From contig LWDK01000044.1 in the NCBI GenBank assembly GCA_002083485.1, positions 12,613 through 76,612 on the forward strand: a stretch of 64,000 bases of DNA, in the 5' to 3' direction. Shown here in pieces: positions 1 through 9,212 of this stretch (positions are counted from its first letter, which is position 1; each line of letters starts with the position of its first letter). The position numbers were made by a program, and so were the translations under genes. This DNA comes from Proteobacteria bacterium SG_bin7 (lineage in GTDB: Bacteria; Bdellovibrionota; Bdellovibrionia; Bdellovibrionales; SG-bin7). The notes below the pieces were generated by a model. That model did not search any database. It was given only the letters and a program-made list of their open reading frames with translations, and was not told the DNA's origin.

Positions 1-1362
1 AGTAAAATCTCGCAAGAAGCAATCGCGGCTTACACTGCGGGTGACTTTGTAAAAGCCGAAACGCTGTTTCGAGAATCCGTTGATCTTGATCCCTCAAATA
101 CGAGCTATTACTACTACTATGGAATTTCTTTATTCCGTAACGACAAAAATAACGAATCCGTTGTTATTCTTCAGCAAGTCAAAGAAGGAAACAATTTTGA
201 TCCCATCGAAAAAGATTATTATATTGGGCTTAACTATATAAAACTTAAAGAATTAAAAAACGGGATCGAAATCTTTCGCAAAATTAAAGCCACAAATCAC
301 AAGACGCTATCAGCATCCGCGGCTTTTTATGAGGGGGTAATCTTATTTCAGGAACTTAAATACGAAGAAGCAAAAGGCCCCTTTCAAGAGGTTCTTGATA
401 ATCAAAATTCGGATCCAAAACTCGACGCGCAGGCCGAAAAATATTTAGAGCAAATCGCCGGCATTCTTTATTTTGCAGCACAAAAGGCAAAACGTATTCT
501 GACTTCGACATCTTTCGGACTGCAGTACGATTCGAACATTCTATACACTTCAGATTCGGTACTTGATCAAGGAACAGCTTCTGATGTCGGTGGCGCCCGG
601 ACCCTCTTAATGACTTCTGCACAATTTCGCCCAATCTACGAACAAGATAAAGAATTCAGCTCAAAACTTTCACTTCTTTATATGTATTCCGCGAATTCAA
701 CACATGCTAAGGCCGATCCAATGTTAATTGCTCTTGCGTTCCCTTACGTTAGCAAGGGTACTTTGCTGGAATACGGCTCTAAGTGGGACCTGACTCCCAG
801 CGTGGAGGTTCTATACATGGACGCAGATGCCGACGGTACTCGGGAAAATTTATTGAACTCTGGCGTGCTCTCTATCGCGAACACCCTTGTTTTAAATCCC
901 GAAAGAATCTCAACAATCACGGCGACAATGCGCCAGGACGAGTCCCCTACGACCGCTGATTCATCTGCATTCAAATTAATATTGGCAACAACTCAAATGA
1001 AATTTCTAAACGTAAAAAAAGACCAAATTGCCAGTGGCGATTTAGGCTACTCAATAAATAATGCTCGTGGAAACGATTACTATTATTCGCGTCTTGACTT
1101 AAAAGGCACCTATATTGCGCCTTGGAAGTGGGGATCAACAGGAGTCGCTTCGCTGGGTTATTATCTTACTGACTTTAGCAAGAAGACGACACCGAGATCT
1201 GACAGTAATTATTCGCTCAATCTAGCGATGAGCAAACCTATTAATGATGCTATTCAAGGAACACTTACGGCAAATTACACAATTCAAAAATCAACGGACT
1301 CAGGGTCCACTTTCAACAAGTGGTCCCTGATGTATTTAATTACAGCAAATTATGATTTCTAG
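1..1362 (+). CDS. TPR-repeat protein with C-terminal outer-membrane beta-barrel-like domain (5' end outside window)
   Basis: Frame 1 is open from base 1 (SKISQEAIAAYTAGDFVKAETLFRESVDLDPSNTSYYYYYGISLF..., TPR-like helix pairs) and continues into track ORF 610..1362. The C-terminal half is strand-like and ends ITANYDF; a terminal Phe is typical of OM barrels. Confidence 0.6.
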   Translation, partial: SKISQEAIAAYTAGDFVKAETLFRESVDLDPSNTSYYYYYGISLFRNDKNNESVVILQQVKEGNNFDPIEKDYYIGLNYIKLKELKNGIEIFRKIKATNHKTLSASAAFYEGVILFQELKYEEAKGPFQEVLDNQNSDPKLDAQAEKYLEQIAGILYFAAQKAKRILTSTSFGLQYDSNILYTSDSVLDQGTASDVGGARTLLMTSAQFRPIYEQDKEFSSKLSLLYMYSANSTHAKADPMLIALAFPYVSKGTLLEYGSKWDLTPSVEVLYMDADADGTRENLLNSGVLSIANTLVLNPERISTITATMRQDESPTTADSSAFKLILATTQMKFLNVKKDQIASGDLGYSINNARGNDYYYSRLDLKGTYIAPWKWGSTGVASLGYYLTDFSKKTTPRSDSNYSLNLAMSKPINDAIQGTLTANYTIQKSTDSGSTFNKWSLMYLITANYDF

Positions 1363-1374
1363 AGACCTGCCACC

Positions 1375-1869
1375 TTATTGCGCCTCAACCAGCGGTTTAC
1401 ACTCTCCCGAATAATCCACAACCTCTCCGTCGCCATGGTTTCCTAAGTGCGCTCTCAATGCAGCAACACTAATGACGATCGTGTGTTGGGCATCAGGATT
1501 TCCAGGAGGTACATGGCATACTTTTACACAGTGCCCGGCGTTGTATTTGCCACTGTTATTTTCTTCGTGAGGTCGGCTCTTGGAATGATTGGAGTCCGGG
1601 CCATATTCTGCCATCAAATCCACTTCGGGATCCCGAGCCTCGGATTCAGGTATATTTTCGCAGCGATCCCCTTGCTCAGCCCCGTCATTGTCATCATCAC
1701 CAACATCGTCGCCAAGATTTCCATTTCCACCCTCAGGATTCTCCGTCGGCACCCCCGATGCCTTCGCTGACGTCGCATTACTAAATCCAACTTCACTGCA
1801 GTTATTAAACGCCACTCCTCCTATGACCATCGACGCCACTAGAACTAGTATCAATTTAACATTTTTCAC
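1375..1869 (-). CDS. Probable lipoprotein with acidic linker and Cys/His-rich C-terminal module, unknown function
   Basis: Hydrophobic signal followed by AFNNC (lipobox-like). D/E/G/N-rich linker. C-terminus is CVKVCHVPPGNPDAQHTIVISVAALRAHLGNHGDGEVVDYSGEC. Confidence 0.55.
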   Translation of the reverse strand: MKNVKLILVLVASMVIGGVAFNNCSEVGFSNATSAKASGVPTENPEGGNGNLGDDVGDDDNDGAEQGDRCENIPESEARDPEVDLMAEYGPDSNHSKSRPHEENNSGKYNAGHCVKVCHVPPGNPDAQHTIVISVAALRAHLGNHGDGEVVDYSGECKPLVEAQ

Positions 1870-1920
1870 AGAATTCTCCTTTGTTATATCGGAGACGTAC
1901 CGCTGGTTATTATTTTTTAA

Positions 1921-2547
1921 TTAATCAAGTTCCCCAAAAACTGATTGTATTTTATCTTTGATCTGATCGCCGCCCGTCACAGTCGATAACTCCTCAACGA
2001 TGGCTTGAATTTTTAACGCAATCTCCTGTGTTGAAAAATCCACATGTTTGACTCCATTAAATTTCATTTTAATCCCTTCGTTGGTGCTAAAATCTCCGTG
2101 AGAATTTGAAACTGTCACGCTCGCTCCACTCGAACATTTAGCGTTATTCAAATCCATTTCTACTTGGCGATATTCTTCAGGCGGCAAACTAATAAAATCT
2201 AAATCTGTTCCTAATGGTGAAAGCGCAACTTGTCGTGCAATAAACTGCACATCTTGTCCTTCATCTTGATCATCGTCATGGTCAATTGTCTTAAACTTGA
2301 TTTTAGAAATACAGAAAATAACAGTGACATTCTGTAAAGAATCGCCGACAGTTACCACGGTTTTTTGTAATTGAGCACCCGTACCTGCGGCACCATAAGC
2401 AGCGAAAGATAAATGTAACGAAGGATTACCAGTGGACGTTCCTCCTTGGCCAAGTAGAGCATTACAATTTTGAAAACAAATTGAAGTTAGAAGTGAGAAA
2501 CTAAAAAAGAATATTATAATTTTAGCTTTACTCATTTGATTCCTCAC
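1921..2547 (-). CDS. Exported protein / probable lipoprotein, unknown function
   Basis: N-terminal signal (IIIFFFSFSLLTSICFQNC). Its start overlaps the end of upstream ORF 2528..3385 by 20 nt, suggesting co-transcription. No catalytic motif recognised. Confidence 0.5.
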   Translation of the reverse strand: MRNQMSKAKIIIFFFSFSLLTSICFQNCNALLGQGGTSTGNPSLHLSFAAYGAAGTGAQLQKTVVTVGDSLQNVTVIFCISKIKFKTIDHDDDQDEGQDVQFIARQVALSPLGTDLDFISLPPEEYRQVEMDLNNAKCSSGASVTVSNSHGDFSTNEGIKMKFNGVKHVDFSTQEIALKIQAIVEELSTVTGGDQIKDKIQSVFGELD

Positions 2548-3385
2548 TTAATGGAAAAAATGACATTTCGACATGGTAGACAGCATTGGCTTTTTTTTGT
2601 TTTTGTTCAAGCTCAACGATCTTAGTTTGGGCCTCCGCCAATATTTTCTTCACATCATCGATGTTGTCCTTATTAACCGCAAAAGTATAACCTGTTAAAC
2701 TGCGTAAATCTTTTTCAGTCTTATCTATAGACTCTGAAGCAAGCATCAACATTTCACGGTGGTAATCCGCCAAGGCCAGCTGAAAAACTCCGCCTTCACA
2801 ATTTAATTTCTTATTTGGGACGGTTGCCACACCAAATTTGCTGACTGCGACAAAACCATGTTTTCCCAAAAAGTCCATAGCTTTTTCGATTTCAATTATC
2901 GGCACATGGCGCTTGAGTTTACTTTGAATCCATTTTGCGTCCCAGCGAAAACCAGATACTGAAACGAGTTCACGAATAGCTACCAAATACCAGCGCGATA
3001 AATATTTATGAACTTCAAGTTCAATACTGTTTCTATTTTTATAGGAACCAAATCTTTGAATTTGTTTAAGCGCAAATGATCGCTCTTCTTGTGAGCGCGC
3101 TTCATTTAAATTTACAAGCAATTTTAAATACGACTGCTCACTACGCTTTAAATTTAACGAGGGCATGAGCTTTTTCAAAGATTTTAAAGTTAAACTTCGT
3201 TGTCCGGAAAGCACCAAGGGAAGGTAGCCGGCCGACAGATCAGCATTACGGCTAATCGCACGCAGGGTTTTGCTGTCATCAGCGGTCTTAATGTAATTAA
3301 ACCAAGTAACCAAGAATTCACGATAGTCATGAAATGAGAAAATATCTGGACGTGATTTATTATTTATCACCAAGCCCGCGCTCAA
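2528..3385 (-). CDS. TIGR02147 family protein (Fibrobacter/Bdellovibrio paralogous family, probable HTH-containing)
   Basis: N-terminus PDIFSFHDYREFLVTWFNYIK...LRAISRNADLSAGYLPLVLSGQRSLT matches my recollection of the family signature (DYRxFL ... S.gyL..V..GkR.Lt). Length of about 285 aa fits. Confidence 0.6.
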   Translation of the reverse strand: MSAGLVINNKSRPDIFSFHDYREFLVTWFNYIKTADDSKTLRAISRNADLSAGYLPLVLSGQRSLTLKSLKKLMPSLNLKRSEQSYLKLLVNLNEARSQEERSFALKQIQRFGSYKNRNSIELEVHKYLSRWYLVAIRELVSVSGFRWDAKWIQSKLKRHVPIIEIEKAMDFLGKHGFVAVSKFGVATVPNKKLNCEGGVFQLALADYHREMLMLASESIDKTEKDLRSLTGYTFAVNKDNIDDVKKILAEAQTKIVELEQKQKKANAVYHVEMSFFPLSEESNE

Positions 3386-3565
3386 GATCCCCCCTACATC
3401 TTAAATATTACAGAAAATCGTTGAAGATTTCCATATCCAAGAATTTGACATATATTAAAATGAAATCATTTATTTTTAATTTAACAATAACTTCAATATG
3501 TTACAAATTATTATATTTTTTGATCTGATATTTTTGTAATCACGAAATGTTTCTATATGAGACGT

Positions 3566-4162
3566 TTAAATTTCAGCGTACTCGGCGAGAACATTTCTAA
3601 CTTGCGTCTGCAGCTTTAATATTGAATCAGAATTTAATTCGACAAGACTATGGCTTGCAAGAGGGGCCATTAACAAGTCATCAGCGCCTTCTAGCTTTGG
3701 CAATACTCCCTGTAACGCCAATAGTTTTAATTCAAATTGTAGTTTCAATTTTCTAAGATCCGTACTCAACTCTAAATTTTTAAGCACGTGCCCAAATAGA
3801 TTAAAGAGTGGCTCATTATCTAAAGCATCAGCTTGCGCGACCTTTAAAATTAATTTCACAAAATAAAATGCCAACTCCAAACGGTCATAATCAGTTCGAA
3901 TTTTTGGAAAACCATTGATAAATGTCGCTTCACTTAATTGCCCTAAAGAATCAAGATCTTCACCACTTCCCGGCCTATACACCAACTGCACAAAATTAAG
4001 GGGCTCTAGAGTTGCTCCTCCAAAACGTTTTTTACTTTTAGCCGCTGCTTTGGCAAAAAGATTGAGTTTTGCCCCTTTAGTATTAATCGCATGCACGATG
4101 AGATTAGAGTCCATGTGCTTAATCGTTTTTAAAATGATGGCTTTTTCAGTGAATTGGTTCAT
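3566..4162 (-). CDS. recO: DNA repair protein RecO
   Basis: AIILKTIKHMDSNLIVHAINTKGAKLNLFAKAAAKSKKRFGGATLEPLNFVQLVY... is the typical RecO N-terminal OB fold with the skkrf..l.pf pattern. Size is about 200 aa. Confidence 0.8.
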   Translation of the reverse strand: MNQFTEKAIILKTIKHMDSNLIVHAINTKGAKLNLFAKAAAKSKKRFGGATLEPLNFVQLVYRPGSGEDLDSLGQLSEATFINGFPKIRTDYDRLELAFYFVKLILKVAQADALDNEPLFNLFGHVLKNLELSTDLRKLKLQFELKLLALQGVLPKLEGADDLLMAPLASHSLVELNSDSILKLQTQVRNVLAEYAEI

Positions 4163-5129
4163 GTTGTTTAGTTGTAAGGTATATATACCCGCCTCCTAAA
4201 CCAAACACAAAACAAATAATTTGATAAAGTGTAATAGAATTGGGACCCAATTGCGATTGCGTCCCCAAATACGTGTTAAACAGAGCAAAAAATGCCATTT
4301 GGCCAATACCAATTCCACCTGGGGTAATTGGCAACGACGAGGCCACAAACCCAAGTGGCACTAAAAACATGTAAGCACCAATGCTCATGTTAATTCCCAT
4401 GGAGTTTCCCACGACATAAAAAAACACAATCGAAGATATCTGTAAAAATATCGAAAGGACAACGGCCTTACCAATAACTGTGAGCTTCGTACAGTAGGCA
4501 TGAACTGCCGCGTAAGACTCTACCACGGCTTTGCCATAAGGAAGACTGCCAAACTTTTTAAACATCCATCCTGAATCATAAAAACGATCGGAAAACCCAA
4601 TTAACAACATGGTAGTAAAAATTGTTCCTGCTATGACAACACCTCTATAGGTATAGGAGAGTTTCGGATTTTCCATAATATCATTACCAATCAGTGGACC
4701 CGAAGCCACAACTAATAAAACGATCGTCCACAGCCCAAGCAACCTATCCATGACAATACTAGTAGCGGCTAAAAATTTTCGATCGTCGTTTTGCTTTACA
4801 AGGTAATATCCCTTGACCAAATCCCCACCCACTCCACCAGGAACGACAAAATTAAAAAATAGTCCGACCAACTGAAGTTTGAAAACATTTTTCATGCTAA
4901 TATTAAAGCCCTGACCATGCAGTAATAGTGACCACCTCAATGCCGACAGATAAATTCCTAATAGCACTAACACGACACAAAAAAAGAGCTCACTGAGAGT
5001 AATTGTTTTTAAAAGGTCTTCTGGATTAAACAAATTCTTTTCGATCATTATGTAAATGATCAGGACGGCAACGCCGACCTTAAAAAAGGGGACTAAATTC
5101 CCCTTTGTTCGCACGAAGATTTTGCTCAT
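4146..5129 (-). CDS. Flippase-like / lysylphosphatidylglycerol-synthase TM-region family membrane protein (UPF0104)
   Basis: Polytopic membrane protein of about 8 TM segments, with the VPGGVGGDLVKGYYL motif typical of the LPG_synthase_TM family. Confidence 0.6.
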   Translation of the reverse strand: MSKIFVRTKGNLVPFFKVGVAVLIIYIMIEKNLFNPEDLLKTITLSELFFCVVLVLLGIYLSALRWSLLLHGQGFNISMKNVFKLQLVGLFFNFVVPGGVGGDLVKGYYLVKQNDDRKFLAATSIVMDRLLGLWTIVLLVVASGPLIGNDIMENPKLSYTYRGVVIAGTIFTTMLLIGFSDRFYDSGWMFKKFGSLPYGKAVVESYAAVHAYCTKLTVIGKAVVLSIFLQISSIVFFYVVGNSMGINMSIGAYMFLVPLGFVASSLPITPGGIGIGQMAFFALFNTYLGTQSQLGPNSITLYQIICFVFGLGGGYIYLTTKQHEPIH

Positions 5130-5186
5130 CTCCTATGAATCGCTCTAATACGGCGATTAGACAAGCACTATTTTACTCGAAGTGAC

Positions 5187-5819
5187 CTACTCAGACTTTA
5201 GGCCACTGTAACGATCATAGGTAGATTTAGAATCATCCGCTTGACTCTTCCATTTCTTGACTTCTTTTTGGTAAGAAGCTTGTTTTGAAATCCAATTGGC
5301 CCGCTCACCTTCTGTAGCCTTTACACGCAAATCAATTTGGGTTCTTAATTCTGCCACATTTTTTCGCTGCTGATCCCATTCCATTTTTTCTTGATCAATC
5401 TGAACCAAACGCTCCTGGTAAGCATGAATGTTTTCTTCGCGCTTCATTTTATTGGCTTGAAGTTTATTGACTGCCTCTTGAAGTTTAGCGAGCTGCTCCT
5501 CCTCATTTTTTAATTTTTTATTCTCTTCTTCGATATGGGTGCCAACAGTAACTTTCTGCTTATCAAGCTCTTTTTTGTTAGCCTCGATCTGCTTGTCACC
5601 AAGATTTAACTGTTTACGCTGCTCTTTAAATGTATTTATGGCCTTGTCGATCTCAGCAATATTCTTATCGACCCTATCAAGATTTTCTTTGTACTGGTCA
5701 TAGTTATGACTACTATTTTCAGCGTTGCTTTTTAATTGGTCGAGTTTTTTATCAACATCTGTTCGCGACCACGCCGTTAAGCTTATCAACGAAACCAAAA
5801 TTATTAATAAGTCTCTCAT
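5187..5819 (-). CDS. Exported coiled-coil protein, unknown function
   Basis: Signal peptide MRDLLIILVSLISLTAWS followed by K/E/Q-rich heptad-like sequence. It lies 9 nt downstream of the 823-aa ORF on the same strand. Confidence 0.55.
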   Translation of the reverse strand: MRDLLIILVSLISLTAWSRTDVDKKLDQLKSNAENSSHNYDQYKENLDRVDKNIAEIDKAINTFKEQRKQLNLGDKQIEANKKELDKQKVTVGTHIEEENKKLKNEEEQLAKLQEAVNKLQANKMKREENIHAYQERLVQIDQEKMEWDQQRKNVAELRTQIDLRVKATEGERANWISKQASYQKEVKKWKSQADDSKSTYDRYSGLKSE

Positions 5820-5828
5820 AAAATCCTC

Positions 5829-8300
5829 CTACAAACTCGCACTTTTTTTCTTATCTTTAGGACAGTTGTTCTCAAGCGACGACCTGAAATTACCAATTTC
5901 GTCTTCCCAAATTTCACCATCAAAATTCCAATTCATATTTTTCTGTGTGTCTTTAACATGTTTTGGCTTGGTCGCGGCTCCCTTTTCGCCTCCGGCAACC
6001 TCAAAACGAATATTCTCTCCGCTGCCAGCGTAAACCTCGTACTTTAATAACTCGTTGTTGGCAAAAATCTCGTCGAGCTCTTCCTTAACGGCTTTAAGTC
6101 TTTTTACCAAAACTTTTTCGGCACGTGACCTTTGGTCATTCTTCTTATTCACCGCTAGAGTCACGCCTTTAGATTTTAAATCACGAAAATTACTTTGAGC
6201 CTTTTTTACCATTTCGACTCGAAACTCTAAACTTCCAAGTCTCCTATTGACCGCGGCAAGCTGAGATTTCATCTCGTTTACCTCGATTGGACTCAATTGC
6301 AGCTCCCCTTTTGTATTGGGTGTTTTTGTCAGCTTCGCTGTTAAAGTCCGAGACTCATTTTTTAAATTCGCTATTTTTGTACCAATGCGATTTAAATCCC
6401 GGGCGAAAAAGTTTTCAACAAAACGCCATTGCTCCACTTCATCCACCATTTCATTAACCGCATTTTGGGCGTTAATAAAATCACGGTGTCTTGCCATCTC
6501 ACGCACAACCTGCATCGGTAGTCCGTCCACACTTATTAGATTTTGATTTAGCAAGTGCAATTTGACGGTGTCGTAGTATTTTGCCGGCGATTTGTGCTCC
6601 GTAATGTATTTGCTAATAGCTTGCGACCAACCCCCATGAATACGCTCAAACAGATTGATAGACTGAAAAGCATCACCATACTGACAGAGATTGATATAAC
6701 CAATCGTGCGCACGGCGAATGATTCTGGTTTATAAACCTTAGCAAATATATTTGTTTGCACACTGAACATATTTCCGATCGCCCCAGCCGGGTCATTACT
6801 CTGCAATTGCGCCCAACCCTGCTCAATTAAACCCTGAACCCATTGCGGATGATCTTTTTTTATTTTTAAAAAGGACTGACTGGCCTCAGCATATTGCTTA
6901 CTATTGTAATAGGTCCTCCCCATATTTAAATGCACCAGCGCTTCAATTTTATGGGGATCACCTTTTTTATTCAGATACGCAATTAAATTTTTTCCTGTTT
7001 CAATGCTGTCTTTGTTATTGCCCAGCAAAACTTCCGAACTAAAAACAATAAATTGCGCGCGCGTGTAGTACTCACTCTTTTCTGAAACTTTTTTTGCGTG
7101 ATTTAATGCGGACTCGGCGTTTCCATCATGAGCCGATACTTTTGCCAATAAAAAACTTATCGCGTCGTATGTAGATGCCGTTAAATCTTTAAACTTTTCT
7201 TTACCAGCTCGCACAATTTCTGCGACGTCATCTTCGAAGGCAAATTTAACGTTGTCAGCAATGGAGGTCATGGCTAATTTTCCGTATTCATCATCTTCGT
7301 TCTTGATGACCGCTCTCATATCATCAACATATTGAGCATACAAACCCATTTCTTTTTCGCATTTTCCCGCCAGATACTTTGCTTCGGCCGCGTATTGGCT
7401 TTTGTCTTTTACCGACTGTAGCAAACCAACCATGTTGTGACAGGACTTGTTGTCATCGTTGATCATGTAAGATGCGATCATTATTAATTCCGGCTCAGAG
7501 AGAGGTTTTGATTCTTTCTCGATAATTTCATTTGGTTGTGCCAGGGCATAGTTTACGGCATCAATCTTTTCTTTAGTAACTGGAAAATCGCCAGTTTTTA
7601 TTTTTGAAACGACAGCCTTTGCGTCCGCGACTTTTTCAATCACCTTGGGAATATTTGCCTCTGACTTTTTACGGTCAACTAAGTCTGGAGACGCAAGCGC
7701 CTTGAATGGTTTTAGTTTAATCGCTTTAAAATCGACTTTTTCACCAACAATATCACGTGCAGAAATTTTGTCCTCGGTTCCGATGTCAAGACGAGGAATT
7801 TCCTTTTTGATTTTTCCAATAACGACAACACCGGATTTGTTTCTCGTCAAGGTGCTGTCGCCCTTTCGACCGGCTTCAACGGCCATAGGCTTAGTTTCTT
7901 TGGCTTGACGTACCATTGCCTTAAGTTGTTCTGAAGTTGTACCCCGATCTTCAGACTCAACAATACTTTCGCGTACAGGCGCTGGACTTGGTTTTACTTC
8001 CGCCGCGGAAGTGGAAGTCGTTGGTGGCGAAGTTACTGCCGCCGTAGCAGTAGACACATCATTTGCGGGGCCTCGATTTTGCCCAGTTTGCCCGACTTGA
8101 GTTTTTGTTTCATCTTTTTTCTCATCTTTTTTCTCAAATAAATTATTTGCCCAGGTACGCACTTTCACTTCGATTTTTTTGGCTTGATTCTTAGCTCGAG
8201 TGACTAAATTACTCCAACGCGCCCCCCAACCTTCGTCGGCGAGAGCTGCGCTTGAAAAGCTCAATGCGCAAATGAAAATTACCAAACTAAGCTTTTTCAT
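5829..8300 (-). CDS. Large exported TPR-like / coiled-coil protein, distal member of the Agl/Glt-like cluster
   Basis: Signal peptide ...SFSSAALA|DEG, a P/T/S-rich spacer, a helical-repeat (TPR-like) central region and a C-terminal coiled coil. It lies 12 nt downstream of the OM barrel gene. Confidence 0.6.
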   Translation of the reverse strand: MKKLSLVIFICALSFSSAALADEGWGARWSNLVTRAKNQAKKIEVKVRTWANNLFEKKDEKKDETKTQVGQTGQNRGPANDVSTATAAVTSPPTTSTSAAEVKPSPAPVRESIVESEDRGTTSEQLKAMVRQAKETKPMAVEAGRKGDSTLTRNKSGVVVIGKIKKEIPRLDIGTEDKISARDIVGEKVDFKAIKLKPFKALASPDLVDRKKSEANIPKVIEKVADAKAVVSKIKTGDFPVTKEKIDAVNYALAQPNEIIEKESKPLSEPELIMIASYMINDDNKSCHNMVGLLQSVKDKSQYAAEAKYLAGKCEKEMGLYAQYVDDMRAVIKNEDDEYGKLAMTSIADNVKFAFEDDVAEIVRAGKEKFKDLTASTYDAISFLLAKVSAHDGNAESALNHAKKVSEKSEYYTRAQFIVFSSEVLLGNNKDSIETGKNLIAYLNKKGDPHKIEALVHLNMGRTYYNSKQYAEASQSFLKIKKDHPQWVQGLIEQGWAQLQSNDPAGAIGNMFSVQTNIFAKVYKPESFAVRTIGYINLCQYGDAFQSINLFERIHGGWSQAISKYITEHKSPAKYYDTVKLHLLNQNLISVDGLPMQVVREMARHRDFINAQNAVNEMVDEVEQWRFVENFFARDLNRIGTKIANLKNESRTLTAKLTKTPNTKGELQLSPIEVNEMKSQLAAVNRRLGSLEFRVEMVKKAQSNFRDLKSKGVTLAVNKKNDQRSRAEKVLVKRLKAVKEELDEIFANNELLKYEVYAGSGENIRFEVAGGEKGAATKPKHVKDTQKNMNWNFDGEIWEDEIGNFRSSLENNCPKDKKKSASL

Positions 8301-8312
8301 AAGCCTTACCCC

Positions 8313-9179
8313 TTAAAAGAAGTACGTTAAACCAAACAATAAGAAGCTTGAGTGAAACATTTCGTTGCGGAGTTCAGATCCCGTAGCAGCACCGCCACCA
8401 CCATTGCGATATTTCAGAACTTTTTGTTGTTGCCAGCGATTTTTGAAATCAATTCTTAAGGCAAATTCTTTCGACAAGAAAAACTGTTGACTGAAATCCA
8501 GAGCGTAGGCAATCGTGCTTTCCGTTTTATTCCCCACAGCAGGATCCACAAACTGTTCATAAGTTACCATTGCCAGACCTGGAGACACCGCGAAATCAAA
8601 ATACATAATTTTACTTCCAAGCAAACTTGCTTTCGCATAAATAGGAACAAAGTTATAGTTCACTCCTATTGCGTACTTGTCGCGATTCATATCTGGAAGC
8701 GCGCCGTTAGAAGTACTGAAGGTATCAACAAGAGTACTGTTTTTAAATGGATAGCTAGAGTAACTAACTTCTACACCGTGGCGTTCGTCAAAATAGTAGT
8801 TCACAGCGCTATTCACAAAAGTTCCAGAGCTGTAGCTATCGTTAGTGGGTAGTCCGGCCGACAGTGACAGCGAAACTCTCTTTGCTTTCGTATAAGTTCG
8901 ATTCTGCACTACGGTAAAATCGGTGTCTTGCGACGACCAATATTTTTCTTCCAGACCACTTACATCTAACTTTTCATCCTTACCAACGTTGGCTGCAGGA
9001 GCGCCCGCAGCTTTTTTGTCGGCAGGGGCACCTGGCGCAGGATTAGGATTTGCCGCCGCTTCCGCATTCGGTGCGGATTTCTTTTTTCTTTGATATTGTG
9101 ATGACTGCGCGAGCGCATCGCTGGTCATCATGTTGCAAATCAATAGCAGCACCACAAAAAACATATTCTGACGGCCCAT
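8313..9179 (-). CDS. Outer-membrane beta-barrel domain protein (GltH-like position)
   Basis: Signal peptide, Ala/Pro-rich spacer, alternating strand pattern and C-terminal ...LLFGLTYFF. Resembles the myxobacterial-type OM beta-barrel domain family. Confidence 0.65.
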   Translation of the reverse strand: MGRQNMFFVVLLLICNMMTSDALAQSSQYQRKKKSAPNAEAAANPNPAPGAPADKKAAGAPAANVGKDEKLDVSGLEEKYWSSQDTDFTVVQNRTYTKAKRVSLSLSAGLPTNDSYSSGTFVNSAVNYYFDERHGVEVSYSSYPFKNSTLVDTFSTSNGALPDMNRDKYAIGVNYNFVPIYAKASLLGSKIMYFDFAVSPGLAMVTYEQFVDPAVGNKTESTIAYALDFSQQFFLSKEFALRIDFKNRWQQQKVLKYRNGGGGAATGSELRNEMFHSSFLLFGLTYFF

Positions 9180-9212
9180 AGGCTATCCTTTCCTTAAGAA
9201 TTACCAACTGTA

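Noticed and set aside
1447-1924. Plus-strand ORFs of 107 and 111 aa overlapping the lipoprotein gene
   Set aside because: They are antisense shadows of the 1375..1869 CDS. They have no signal peptide or SD and a low-complexity S/P-rich translation.
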